Assembly (NCBI GenBank): GCA_041751485.1
Contig: JBGSXG010000048.1
Location: 1-39,464 of the forward strand
Origin: Minisyncoccia bacterium
GTDB lineage: Bacteria > Patescibacteriota > Minisyncoccia > Phycocordibacterales > CAJQIN01
DNA: 39,464 nucleotides
Direction of reading: 5' to 3'
In this document: positions 7,530 through 16,390 of the stretch, piece by piece
Layout: each line of letters begins with the position of its first letter
Position numbering within the stretch: position 1 is the stretch's first letter
The notes under the pieces: generated by a model
Databases searched by the model: none
Told to the model about the DNA's origin: nothing
The model's input: the letters and a program-made list of their open reading frames with translations, nothing else
Made by a program: the position numbers and the translations under genes

Positions 7530-9311
7530 CTACACTTTCGCACCGTTTCTTTTGCGTAGAGTTTCTGTTAGAAACTTCTTTCGTAGACGTACATCTTTTG
7601 GGGTTATCTCTAAGTATTCATCGTCTCCCATGATTCCAAGGCCTCGCTCAAGAGTTAGCTCAAATGGGGGAGTAAGCTTGATAGTTCCATCTGATCCGGA
7701 TGCTCGCATGTTAGTCAGCTGTTTTCCTTTAGTTGGATTAACCACCATGTCTTCTCCTTTTGATGTATAACCAACTACCATACCTTCATATACTTCTATC
7801 CCAGGACTAATGTATAAGACACCTCGATCTTGTAGGTTTGCTAGTGAGAAACCGAGAGCTTTGCCAGTTGCCATTGATATCATTGAACCGTACTCAGTTT
7901 TTTTGATTGCACCGGCATGTGGCATAAAAGCGTGGAAGACAGATGTCATAATACCTTCTCCCTTGGTGTCGATAACAAATTCATTTCTATATCCCAAAAG
8001 TCCACGAGTAGGTGTGTGGAAGGTTAGGCGTTTTTGGCTGTGATCATCTACCATATTAACCATTATGCCTTTTCGATTTCCCATTTTTTCAATGATGCTT
8101 CCTGTGAATTCATCAGGGACCAAAATGGTAACCTCTTCAAAGGGTTCGTGCTTTACGCCAGCTATATCTTTTTCGATAACTTCTGGCTGAGACACTGCCA
8201 TCTCAAAACCTTCACGTCGCATGTGCTCCAAGAGGACCGCCAAGTGTAATTCCCCACGACCGTAGACTTTCATTGCACCATCATCAAAAGAAAGGTGTAG
8301 CCCAACGTTTACTTCCAATTCTTTTTCTAGGCGATCTCTGATCTGTCGTGAGGTTAGGAATTTCCCCGTTTTTCCTCCAAAAGGAGAGTCGTTTACTACA
8401 ACATTAAGAGATAGGGTTGGTTCATCGATAGTGATAGCTGGCAGGAGTTCAACACTCTCATTGTCGCCAAGTGTTTGGCCGATAAAGATTTCTGGAATAC
8501 CGGCGATCATTACGATGTCTCCAGACTGTGCTGAGTCAACAGGTTTTTTCTCAAGACCTTCAAAAGTAAACAGTTTTGTTATTTTTCCAGAAAATGTTTC
8601 ATTATCGTGGCTTCGAACAAAAACATTTTGTCCGTCTTTGACTGTTCCTTTATATATACGGCAAATACCCATACGTCCCAAGAAGTTGTCATAGGCTAGG
8701 TTGAACACTTGTGCCTGAAGCGGGGCATCTGTATGAGTATTAGCAGGTGGAACCTCTTCTAGAATCATATCTAATATAGGAGTTAGGTCTTTGGCTTCAT
8801 CTGCCATATCTCTTTTAGCCACGCCATTTCGGCCGATAGCGTAGATCGTTTTAAAGTTCAGTTGTTCGTCTGTGGCTCCTAGGTCAAAGAAAAGTTCATA
8901 GACTTCATCGTGAGCTTTTTTAACATCAGCTGCTGGCTTGTCGATTTTATTCAAAATCAGAATTGGCTTAAGGCCTAGCTCCAGGGATTTCTTCAAAACA
9001 AACTTTGTCTGAGGCATTGGACCTTCAGAAGCATCAACCACCAAAAGTACTGAGTCGATTGAACGCAAAACACGTTCTACTTCTGATCCAAAATCGGCGT
9101 GGCCTGGGGTATCAAGAATGTTGATTTTAGTATCTTTATAAAAAACAGAAGTGTTTTTGGCATAGATAGTAATACCACGTTCTTTTTCAAGATCGTTGGA
9201 GTCCATTGAAACTCCGGCGTTTGTGGCGCCGGTTTGTTTTAGAATCTCGTCTGTTAGGGTTGTTTTCCCGTGGTCGACGTGAGCGATGATTGCAATGTTT
9301 CTAATTTCCAT
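7530..9311 (-). CDS. typA: translational GTPase TypA/BipA
   Basis: [13 protein letters not shown] (G1), DTPGHADF (G3), NKID (G4). EF-G-like domain order in a 593-aa protein. Confidence 0.92.
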   Translation of the reverse strand: MEIRNIAIIAHVDHGKTTLTDEILKQTGATNAGVSMDSNDLEKERGITIYAKNTSVFYKDTKINILDTPGHADFGSEVERVLRSIDSVLLVVDASEGPMPQTKFVLKKSLELGLKPILILNKIDKPAADVKKAHDEVYELFFDLGATDEQLNFKTIYAIGRNGVAKRDMADEAKDLTPILDMILEEVPPANTHTDAPLQAQVFNLAYDNFLGRMGICRIYKGTVKDGQNVFVRSHDNETFSGKITKLFTFEGLEKKPVDSAQSGDIVMIAGIPEIFIGQTLGDNESVELLPAITIDEPTLSLNVVVNDSPFGGKTGKFLTSRQIRDRLEKELEVNVGLHLSFDDGAMKVYGRGELHLAVLLEHMRREGFEMAVSQPEVIEKDIAGVKHEPFEEVTILVPDEFTGSIIEKMGNRKGIMVNMVDDHSQKRLTFHTPTRGLLGYRNEFVIDTKGEGIMTSVFHAFMPHAGAIKKTEYGSMISMATGKALGFSLANLQDRGVLYISPGIEVYEGMVVGYTSKGEDMVVNPTKGKQLTNMRASGSDGTIKLTPPFELTLERGLGIMGDDEYLEITPKDVRLRKKFLTETLRKRNGAKV

Positions 9312-9350
9312 GAAGTTTTAGAGTACGACACAAATGGTTAAAAAGCAATG

Positions 9351-9461
9351 GAGAGACGAGCTTCTTGCTTTTGGCTTTTAGGTGTTAGCTTTAAACCCCA
9401 GAAGCCCACGGCTTCTGGGGTTGTTCCTAAAAGCTAACAGCTAACAGCTAGAAGCTAGTCC
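9351..9461 (+). repeat. composite dispersed repeat: heptamer flank (gacgagctt..ttggcttttaggtgttagctt) + GC hairpin 9394-9422 + (CTAACAG)n array 9427-9461
   Basis: The flank plus hairpin recur in reverse complement at 37025-37094. The hairpin is AACCCCAGAAGCC-CAC-GGCTTCTGGGGTT. It lies in a divergent promoter region (typA <-> helicase), so it is not a conventional terminator there. Confidence 0.75.
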
Positions 9462-9570
9462 TGTGGTTTGACATTCTACACGATAAATGCTACTGTATTG
9501 ATCTTACTGAATATCGATAGTATATCTACATATCGCTGTTCGTTAAGCGATTATAGATAATACAATAGAT

Positions 9571-10848
9571 ATGAATAACTCAAATGGATCTCGAGGTTCT
9601 CGAGGTCGACAAGGCTCACGTCAAAGTGGGCGTAGGACCTTTAATGGAGGTTCTCGTAATAATAGTGGAGGAGGACGACGCTTTGGCGGTGGCTCTTCAC
9701 GTGGAAGAGGTGGACGTGGCGGTGGCCGAAGATTCGGTGCCAAGACTATTCACCCAGACAAATTTATCAACCGTAATCCAGTAATGCAGACGGCAGAAAA
9801 TTATACTCCTGTTCATACATTTGCTGACTTTGGATTCCATTCTCACATTGTTGATAACCTAACAAAGAAGGGTTACGTACATCCAACTCGTGTTCAAGAT
9901 GAGGCCATCCCGCACATTTTAGCTGGACGTGATGTTGTGGGTCTTGCAAATACTGGCTCTGGTAAAACAGCTGCTTTTGTTCTGCCTATCATTCAAAAAA
10001 TCAAAACCCAAACAACCAAGGAGCAAGTTTTGGTTATTACACCAACAAGGGAGCTAGCTCAACAAATTCAAAAAGAATTGGAACAGTTCACTCTTGGTAT
10101 GCAAATCTACTCAGTAGTTTGTGTTGGAGGACTTGGTATTCGACCACAGATTAGTGGACTAAGACGCGGACCACACGTAGTCATTGGAACACCAGGACGG
10201 TTGAAAGACCTTTTGAAACAGGGAGAATTGCGATTGGACAAAACTACAACACTCGTTTTGGATGAGGCTGATCATATGCTTGATATGGGATTCTTGCCAG
10301 ACGTTCGGTTTATTACAGACGCATTGCCAAAGAAAAAGCAGTCATTGTGTTTCTCTGCAACTCTAGCTCCTGAGATTACTCGACTACTTGATACAATGCT
10401 TGTTGATCCTGTTACCATCTCAGTACGAACTAGCGAGACTGGTGAGCATATTGCTCAGGATATTATCAGAGCCAAAACTCCAGATGAAAAAATGAAAGAG
10501 CTAACGCGAATGCTTTCACAGGATAAATTTGAAAAAGTTTTGATTTTCGGAGAAATGAAGCACAGTGTTCAGAAACTTGCTGATATCCTAACTAAACAAG
10601 GATACGCAGCTACTGCAATTCATGGTAATAAATCACAAGTTCAGCGACAACGTGCTCTTGATGCATTTAAAACAGGAAAGGTTAACATTCTAGTTGCTAC
10701 TGGTGTGGCCGCTCGTGGACTGGATATCCCTAACGTTTCTCACGTTATTAACTTCGATCAGCCAAATACTCACGACGAATATGTTCACCGAATCGGTCGA
10801 ACCGGCCGAGCCGGCAAACCCGGACAGGCTTACACTTTCGTAGATTAA
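9571..10848 (+). CDS. DEAD-box ATP-dependent RNA helicase with N-terminal RGG/RS-rich tail
   Basis: Motifs ANTGSGKT (I), PTRELA (Ia), DEAD (II), SAT (III), HRIGRTGRAG (VI). The first ~57 aa are Arg/Gly/Ser/Asn low complexity. Confidence 0.9.
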   Translation: MNNSNGSRGSRGRQGSRQSGRRTFNGGSRNNSGGGRRFGGGSSRGRGGRGGGRRFGAKTIHPDKFINRNPVMQTAENYTPVHTFADFGFHSHIVDNLTKKGYVHPTRVQDEAIPHILAGRDVVGLANTGSGKTAAFVLPIIQKIKTQTTKEQVLVITPTRELAQQIQKELEQFTLGMQIYSVVCVGGLGIRPQISGLRRGPHVVIGTPGRLKDLLKQGELRLDKTTTLVLDEADHMLDMGFLPDVRFITDALPKKKQSLCFSATLAPEITRLLDTMLVDPVTISVRTSETGEHIAQDIIRAKTPDEKMKELTRMLSQDKFEKVLIFGEMKHSVQKLADILTKQGYAATAIHGNKSQVQRQRALDAFKTGKVNILVATGVAARGLDIPNVSHVINFDQPNTHDEYVHRIGRTGRAGKPGQAYTFVD

Positions 10849-10850
10849 AC

Positions 10851-10882
10851 AAAAAATCCTAGGTTTAACCTAGGATTTTTTG
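10851..10882. terminator. bidirectional intrinsic terminator
   Basis: AAAAAATCCTAGGT-TTA-ACCTAGGATTTTTT, between the convergent helicase (+) and GIY-YIG (-) genes. It overlaps the 3' end of the latter. Confidence 0.7.
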
Positions 10883-11115
10883 TTTACGAGTTTTAGTTTT
10901 TCTTTTCTTGATAACCTTTTTATTTCGGCTTCGCGTTTAGAGGCACTACTTCGGTTTGAGCTTTGTTCTGTGTAAACAATTCTTTTAGCACCATGTGCTT
11001 TGGTGTAGTGTCCGCCAAGTCCTTCCTTGTGTTCCTGAAAACGTCTTTTGATGTCGGTAGTGATACCAGTATAAAGCGTGCCATCATTGCATTTAAGAAT
11101 ATAAACAGTGTACAT
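10870..11115 (-). CDS. GIY-YIG nuclease-family protein (UPF0213-like, stand-alone domain)
   Basis: MYTVYILKCNDGTLYTGITTDIKRRFQEHKEG... shows the GIY-(x10)-YTG motif plus a conserved R..EH. Confidence 0.8.
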   Translation of the reverse strand: MYTVYILKCNDGTLYTGITTDIKRRFQEHKEGLGGHYTKAHGAKRIVYTEQSSNRSSASKREAEIKRLSRKEKLKLVNKKS

Positions 11116-11235
11116 ATATTATATGTAGTATATCTTTTTCTTAGAATAAGATATTTGTGTCTTGCGTAATCTATATATTTATTGTACTATATTAATAGAT
11201 CTTTTACTCTAACAAGGAAGAAACGAGGTGTTCTT

Positions 11236-11466
11236 ATGGCAAGATTTCTGTTCGGAGCCGTACTTACGTCTGCCTTTTTGGTTGGCTGTGGGCAAGAAAG
11301 AATGAAAATCTACGATACGCGTGCTCCCGGCGGGTATGCGTACGTGACCGTCCACCAGGACCTGTCTGGCAATTGGTACTATCTGTACGACGGCAGGAAG
11401 GTCTTCGTTGACCGGTCCCCCGGTTCCGACACCGATCCACGGGCTCCCGGCAAACCGACTTGGTAA
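11236..11466 (+). CDS. small lipoprotein, hypothetical (GC-rich islet)
   Basis: MARFLFGAVLTSAFLVGC has a lipobox (LVGC). GAGGTG lies 6 nt upstream of ATG 11236. G/C-rich third codon positions are unlike the neighbouring genes. Confidence 0.5.
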   Translation: MARFLFGAVLTSAFLVGCGQERMKIYDTRAPGGYAYVTVHQDLSGNWYYLYDGRKVFVDRSPGSDTDPRAPGKPTW

Positions 11467-11493
11467 GCCGATCTTCTCTTTCTGTTCTAAATC

Positions 11494-11523
11494 ATCCGCG
11501 CGCTCACCACGTGCGGATTTTTC
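11494..11523 (+). terminator. intrinsic terminator
   Basis: ATCCGCGCG-loop-CGTGCGGAT stem followed by TTTTT. Confidence 0.6.
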
Positions 11524-11621
11524 TTGAAATTAATAGGTTTTGGATTTTAAAATTGCTGGCAGTAGTGTGGGACGAAGTTAGAAATTTTATAGCAGACTAA
11601 AGTTAAGAAAAAGACGAACAA

Positions 11622-11873
11622 CTAAGTTCGTCTTTTTGTAAGCTTCGTAATGTCGGACCCGTCGACCTTCCAATACACAAAGCATGGGTCATCCTCATCA
11701 GGTTCACAACAACCGCAGTCGTCATCGTCCTCCCAGGCGATGTGTGCACCCTCTGGCGTCTTGAAAACGTGAGGTCCATCATGAGCATACTCCAGAACGC
11801 ATTCTGCAATATAATGATCGGCTCTAAGGCCCAGAACATCTTCTTGTCTTGGAACTATGATTCCACACTGCAT
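11622..11873 (-). CDS. hypothetical acidic Cys-cluster protein (GC-rich islet)
   Basis: Start taken at MQCGIIV (ATG 11873), preceded by AAAGGAA. The protein contains WEDDDDCGCCEPDEDDPC. The hairpin AAAGACGAAC/GTTCGTCTTT at 11609-11638 overlaps the stop. No family recognised. Confidence 0.4.
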   Translation of the reverse strand: MQCGIIVPRQEDVLGLRADHYIAECVLEYAHDGPHVFKTPEGAHIAWEDDDDCGCCEPDEDDPCFVYWKVDGSDITKLTKRRT

Positions 11874-11948
11874 GGGGTTCCTTTCTGCATGCATAGGTTC
11901 TTCAAAAACTCTATGTTTTATCTACACAAGAGTCAAGATGTACGATTG

Positions 11949-12019
11949 CTGCCAGACTTGGACTCGAACCAAGATAACATCCTCCAGAGGGATGTGTCCT
12001 ACCATTAGACGATCTGGCA
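11949..12019 (-). tRNA. tRNA-Gln (anticodon CUG), CCA not encoded
   Basis: A manual cloverleaf folds cleanly. Acceptor stem TGCCAGA/TCTGGCA (U1:A72), discriminator G73, D-loop AATGGTA. Anticodon stem CATCC/GGATG with loop CU-CUG-GA. T-arm CTTGG-TTCGAGT-CCAAG. Length 71 nt. Confidence 0.85.
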
Positions 12020-12116
12020 ATAGAACTACAATACTTAAGAAAACACTTTATTTCAAGGCAATAGACTAAAGGGCTCTAAAATAGTAAACTGGGTTTAAGT
12101 TAAATTTAAATAAATT

Positions 12117-12872
12117 ATGCAAAACCAAACAAGATTAATCATTCTTTCCGTAGTAGGCCTCATTGTAATAGTTGCAGGTATATTCCTTATAATAAACCGC
12201 GTATCTCAACCAGAAGAACAGCAAGTGTCTACTGATGAGCCTGTAAATATCGTCTTAGACTTTTATGATTCATGGGCAGCTGCGGCTCGAGCAACAAGTA
12301 CCGATCCTTATCAAGAAGGGCTAGATAATGAACCGCTTCTAGGTAAAGACCTACGAGACAAACTAGCAGACTCAAAAGAACAGTTCGAAACTGGCACCGA
12401 TCCTGTATTGTGTCAGACAACAACGCCTGAGGTTATTACCGCACGAGTATCATATGTGCTTGATGATGAGGCTCAAATACTTATCCTCTCTAGAGACGAA
12501 GGTCTGGGCGGACAATCTGTTGCAACCCTAACTAAATTAAACGATGGTTGGTACATCAGTGACATAACATGTTCTGCTGGTGAGTTCGGAGTTGATCGAG
12601 AATTCAGTTTTGAAAAAGATGGATACGTGTTGAAAAATCCAGCACTTGGTGGTATCTACATTATTTTTGAAGAGGATGGTGTCTTTGGAAATGCAGCGCC
12701 GCTTGTATTTGGTCCACAGAGTATGTGTACTGATGTTGATGGAAATGAATCAGTCTGTAATTCAGATTCATTTGGAGAAAAAGAAAAAGCTTTGGTCCGA
12801 GGACAGATGTCAGAGGTAGGGGTAGACGTACAGCAACTTCATTTTCTTGAAGGGGATTTGTCTTTTGAGTAG
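12117..12872 (+). CDS. hypothetical membrane-anchored exported protein
   Basis: 251-aa ORF with an N-terminal TM helix (LIILSVVGLIVIVAGIFLII) and an acidic soluble domain containing conserved-looking Cys pairs. No motif recognised. Confidence 0.5.
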   Translation: MQNQTRLIILSVVGLIVIVAGIFLIINRVSQPEEQQVSTDEPVNIVLDFYDSWAAAARATSTDPYQEGLDNEPLLGKDLRDKLADSKEQFETGTDPVLCQTTTPEVITARVSYVLDDEAQILILSRDEGLGGQSVATLTKLNDGWYISDITCSAGEFGVDREFSFEKDGYVLKNPALGGIYIIFEEDGVFGNAAPLVFGPQSMCTDVDGNESVCNSDSFGEKEKALVRGQMSEVGVDVQQLHFLEGDLSFE

Positions 12873-12923
12873 TATCTTTTTGTTTGTGTGTGAAGTACTA
12901 CAACTTGCTATACTTATTAATGT

Positions 12924-13508
12924 ATGAAAAAAATTCTTGCGGCTCTTCTTGTGATTATACTTATCCTGGCGGTAGGATTTTTTTGGCTGAATAATTATAT
13001 ATACCAGGAAAAACAAGCTGATGTGGACACTTCTCCGGCATGGAAGAACATTTCCTACGTTATTGATGGAGACAGCATTACCCTTGGGGATGGTTATGCT
13101 GAAGAAGAGAATATACATGGCTCGGATTCAACAAAGAGTACTCGCTATTTCGGCAATGAGCTATTCACAGATTTGAATAGTGACGGACGAGAAGATGTTG
13201 TCTTTTTGCTTACTCAAGAAAACGGAGGTTCTGGTGTATTCTTTTATGTTGTCGCCGCACTCAATACAACCGATGGGTACAGAGGTTCAGACGGGTACCT
13301 TCTTGGTGATAGAGTTGCACCGCAGACCACTGAGGTGAGTCAAAATCCTCGGCACAAAAATGTTGTTGTCGTGAATTACGCCGATAGGAATGTCGGTGAT
13401 CCGATGACAGCACAGCCATCTGTTTCTAAAAGCGTCTATCTCAAGTTGGACATAGAGTATATGCAGTGGGGTATAGTGGTTGCTGATTTTGAGGGAGAAT
13501 CGATATAG
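12924..13508 (+). CDS. hypothetical membrane-anchored exported protein
   Basis: 194-aa ORF with an N-terminal TM helix and a DLNSDGREDVVF (Ca-binding/FG-GAP-like) segment. Confidence 0.5.
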   Translation: MKKILAALLVIILILAVGFFWLNNYIYQEKQADVDTSPAWKNISYVIDGDSITLGDGYAEEENIHGSDSTKSTRYFGNELFTDLNSDGREDVVFLLTQENGGSGVFFYVVAALNTTDGYRGSDGYLLGDRVAPQTTEVSQNPRHKNVVVVNYADRNVGDPMTAQPSVSKSVYLKLDIEYMQWGIVVADFEGESI

Positions 13509-13540
13509 ATTAGTAATTTTGATATAACATAATAATACCT

Positions 13541-13993
13541 ATGCAAAAACTAGAAAAAACAATTTTTATAAACGCACCAAAGGAAAAAGTTTGGGACATC
13601 ATGCTTGGTAAAGACACTTATGAGGAATGGACCAAAGTCTTTTGTCCAACATCAACATATGAAGGGGATTGGTCTGAGGGCTCAAAAATGCTCTTTTTAG
13701 GAACTGATGAAAATGGTGAGAACGAAGGCGGTATGGTTAGTCGCGTTGCTAAAAATGTGCCGTACGAATATATTTCTGTTGAACATCTAGGTATTATCGA
13801 AAAAGGCGTTGAGGATACCACTAGCGAAAAGGCCAAGTCATGGGCACCAGCATTTGAGAACTATACCTTCAATGAAAAATATGGCGGTACAGAAGTTGCG
13901 GTGGACCAGGATCTTGATGATAAATACATTAAAGAGTTTGGAGAGATGTGGGATAAGGCGCTTGAGAAGTTAAAAGAATTAGCAGAGAAATAA
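13541..13993 (+). CDS. SRPBCC-superfamily protein (AHSA1/START-like)
   Basis: N-terminus KTIFINAPKEKVWDIMLGKDTYEEW, a length of ~150 aa and a C-terminal helix are typical of Aha1-like SRPBCC proteins. Confidence 0.7.
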   Translation: MQKLEKTIFINAPKEKVWDIMLGKDTYEEWTKVFCPTSTYEGDWSEGSKMLFLGTDENGENEGGMVSRVAKNVPYEYISVEHLGIIEKGVEDTTSEKAKSWAPAFENYTFNEKYGGTEVAVDQDLDDKYIKEFGEMWDKALEKLKELAEK

Positions 13994-14009
13994 TTAATAA
14001 CAAATTTAC

Positions 14010-14420
14010 ATGAAAAAGTATATTCACATTATTCTTAAGATCGTTCTGTCCTTGGTTCTGATTTCTCCAGTTCTCGGTATTTTGGGTGTCTTTCCGCCTC
14101 CTACTCGTGATTTGTACAACACAGATATTGCTTTTTCTTTTATCGAGATGCTTACAGAAGTTGGATATGTAAACTACATTATGGCCCTTGTGTTCATTTT
14201 GGCACTTATTGCTTTGTGGACCAGGCGCGAGGCACTTGCCGCTCTGTTGATACTTCCAGTTACCGTGAATATTGTTGGCTTCCACGCATTTATTGATGGC
14301 GGGCTATTCACTGCCGGTGCGATTATGGGCAATGCTTTATTTTTAATCAACCTATACTTCCTCTGGAAAAATCGATCAGAGTATAAACCTTTATTGAGTG
14401 GTAAAAAGACGGCTGCGTAA
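14010..14420 (+). CDS. hypothetical 4-TM membrane protein
   Basis: 136-aa hydrophobic ORF. No motif recognised. Confidence 0.5.
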   Translation: MKKYIHIILKIVLSLVLISPVLGILGVFPPPTRDLYNTDIAFSFIEMLTEVGYVNYIMALVFILALIALWTRREALAALLILPVTVNIVGFHAFIDGGLFTAGAIMGNALFLINLYFLWKNRSEYKPLLSGKKTAA

Positions 14421-14491
14421 GCGAAAATAATAAAATCGACTTAATAGATTTATGAAGTAAACGTTAGAGTTTTGGGGTCAGAGTCTTGTAG

Positions 14492-14520
14492 TTGACATAT
14501 CGGTATATTTTATAGATAAT
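14492..14520 (+). promoter_or_regulatory. sigma70-like promoter TTGACA-N17-GATAAT
   Basis: Consensus -35 hexamer, 17-nt spacer, and a good -10 about 40 nt upstream of ATG 14561. Confidence 0.5.
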
Positions 14521-14560
14521 AAATAAAGATTTTGGAACACCCCTTGTGGAGATTTTTGTT

Positions 14561-14920
14561 ATGGCTAAGCGTAAGTACCGTTGGTTTGTCGAACCGGTTG
14601 GAGCCCATACCAACCAATGCATTTACGATCTCATCAAAGGAACAGAAGTGGATGAGCTCCTGATAGACGGCGACGAAGCGGAAGACGGACGAGGCCACTC
14701 TGTGTACGAGTGTTCTCGCGAACAACTCAATGCTATCAAGAATAGTTTGAATGGCTCTGACATGCAGGCGCACTTTTGGGTACGAGAAGGTAACGGCAAG
14801 TATCGTAGGTGGCAACCTGAAGCTATTCGGAAGGCTAGCCGTCTAAACAGGCTTCGGAAAAAGCTGAAAGGTCAGGCTGTTTTTCCTTTTGCTCGGGGCG
14901 TTTCGTCTAAAACAGCATAA
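14561..14920 (+). CDS. hypothetical basic protein (GC-richer islet)
   Basis: GGAG lies 9 nt upstream of ATG 14561 (MAKRKYRWFVEP...). Lys/Arg-rich C-terminus. No family recognised. Confidence 0.45.
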   Translation: MAKRKYRWFVEPVGAHTNQCIYDLIKGTEVDELLIDGDEAEDGRGHSVYECSREQLNAIKNSLNGSDMQAHFWVREGNGKYRRWQPEAIRKASRLNRLRKKLKGQAVFPFARGVSSKTA

Positions 14921-14947
14921 GCTTGCACCTGTTCTTGTGCACTCAAG

Positions 14948-14974
14948 CCACCTCAAACGCGAGGTGGTTTTTTT
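14948..14974 (+). terminator. intrinsic terminator
   Basis: CCACCTC-AAACGC-GAGGTGG followed by T7. Confidence 0.7.
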
Positions 14975-15036
14975 ATCTCAGTATTTTTGGAATTTTATAT
15001 TTTTAAGATTGAGAGTTGGTGTGGAGCGGCCATATA

Positions 15037-15065
15037 TTGATTTTTATTATATATTGTGCTATAGT
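15037..15065 (+). promoter_or_regulatory. sigma70-like promoter TTGATT-N17-TATAGT
   Basis: Hexamers and spacing read from the sequence, about 60 nt upstream of ATG 15127. Confidence 0.4.
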
Positions 15066-15126
15066 TTTTAAGGATTTACCAGTGTTACTTGAAATAAACA
15101 ACTACTAAAAAAGAAAGGAGGCAGTC

Positions 15127-15828
15127 ATGCCCAGGCAAGAAATGAAAAAATCTGGCATTGGAAGCTGGCTGTCTCAGCTTTCTACACGAGAGGCAGAGCG
15201 AGTCAGTTGGGATAATTCTCGGATGGTTGATAACGTTCGGAAGTTGAATTTGCCTATGGATATTGATTTTGGCACTTTTGACGATCTGGATCAGCTGATG
15301 TTATCTGTTCCAGTAGAGTTTCAGAAGAGTTCGGAATTTCGGTTTATATTTCGGTGTGAATCGAAAACAAACCGAAACGATGTGCGACGTAAGCTGTTCG
15401 TCTCTTTCCGTGAAGGAGTCAAGTTTTTCAAGCAGCTTCGCAGTCAGGGATTTAGCTTTTGGTGCAATATCCGCGAAGTGAAAGTTCCAGACTTTGCCGG
15501 TACTTTTATCATCAATGCTCAGAAGCAGAAGATGGTGATTGAACTTTGGCCAGGTCGACACCTGGAGCTTGATAATCCGGGCGAGCGTCAAGATCAGTTC
15601 GAGGTTTTCAGCGGTTGCTACAACCCGGGTTCTCCGTCGTTCGATTTGCATATAAACTGGTCGGACAACAGCACTGTTGGGCATCGTACAATCGCTGTTC
15701 AGGCAGTACAGTATCTAGCGCCTCAGCTCAAGTTGGTAGAAAGTGTGTATGTTGAGTTCTATTGGCAACACACTGTAGGCACACGGTTCATTGCTTTGTC
15801 CGAAGATCCGTTCTGGACGAAGTTTTAG
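15127..15828 (+). CDS. hypothetical protein (GC-richer islet ORFan)
   Basis: This is the strongest SD in the window (AAAGGAGG, 5-nt spacer). 233-aa soluble protein. No motif recognised with any confidence. Confidence 0.55.
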   Translation: MPRQEMKKSGIGSWLSQLSTREAERVSWDNSRMVDNVRKLNLPMDIDFGTFDDLDQLMLSVPVEFQKSSEFRFIFRCESKTNRNDVRRKLFVSFREGVKFFKQLRSQGFSFWCNIREVKVPDFAGTFIINAQKQKMVIELWPGRHLELDNPGERQDQFEVFSGCYNPGSPSFDLHINWSDNSTVGHRTIAVQAVQYLAPQLKLVESVYVEFYWQHTVGTRFIALSEDPFWTKF

Positions 15829-15832
15829 GCCC

Positions 15833-15867
15833 ACGCCACGCACCCTTACGGGAGTGTGGCGTTTTTT
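15833..15867 (+). terminator. intrinsic terminator
   Basis: ACGCCACGCACCC-TTAC-GGGAGTGTGGCGT followed by T6. Confidence 0.7.
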
Positions 15868-15884
15868 GCTATACTGACCTTATT

Positions 15885-16295
15885 ATGAAAGAAGATCAAA
15901 TATATTGGGTAGGGCAAAAAGCCTTTATCGAGAAGGATGGGGAAGTTTTAATTTTCATCACTCCCTCTGGAGAACCGGATTTCCCTGGAGGTAAAATCCA
16001 AGAGGGAGAAGATAATTTGGCAGAATCTTTAAAACGAGAAGTTCTAGAAGAATCAAATTTAGAAATCGAAGTCGGAGAACCTTTTGCTGTGTGGCAAAGG
16101 GTATTTCCAGAAAATCACAAGTATGCCGGAAAGATGATATATCTAGTGGCTTTCAAGTGTAGCTATGTTTCTGGCGAGTTAAAACTTAGCGATGAGCATA
16201 AAGATTTTCGCTGGGTAAATAAAGATAATTATAAAGAAGTTGATAATGGCGGAGAATACTTCAAAACATTAGATAAATATTTTAAATCTTTGTAG
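15885..16295 (+). CDS. NUDIX hydrolase
   Basis: Nudix box GGKIQEGEDNLAESLKREVLEESNL (GX5EX7REUXEEXGU). Start at MKEDQIYW (ATG 15885), because the longer ORF 15762 runs through the upstream terminator. Confidence 0.8.
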   Translation: MKEDQIYWVGQKAFIEKDGEVLIFITPSGEPDFPGGKIQEGEDNLAESLKREVLEESNLEIEVGEPFAVWQRVFPENHKYAGKMIYLVAFKCSYVSGELKLSDEHKDFRWVNKDNYKEVDNGGEYFKTLDKYFKSL

Positions 16296-16299
16296 TTTA

Positions 16300-16390
16300 G
16301 ACGTTAGATTTTTGAGTTTTGAACTTTGAATTTTGAGCTTGTTTAGAGTTTCGATTTTAGAACTTAGAATTTCCTATCTAGTATCTTTGA
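16300..16390. repeat. 13-unit phased heptamer array
   Basis: gacgtta|gattttt|gagtttt|gaacttt|gaatttt|gagcttg|tttagag|tttcgat|tttagaa|cttagaa|tttccta|tctagta|tctttga, with no phase slip. Confidence 0.8.

Noticed and set aside
9584-9784. 66-aa ORF overlapping the start of the helicase gene.
   Set aside because: It is an artefact of the GGN/CGN-rich repeat region, which stays open in a second frame (VEEVDVAVAEDS...).
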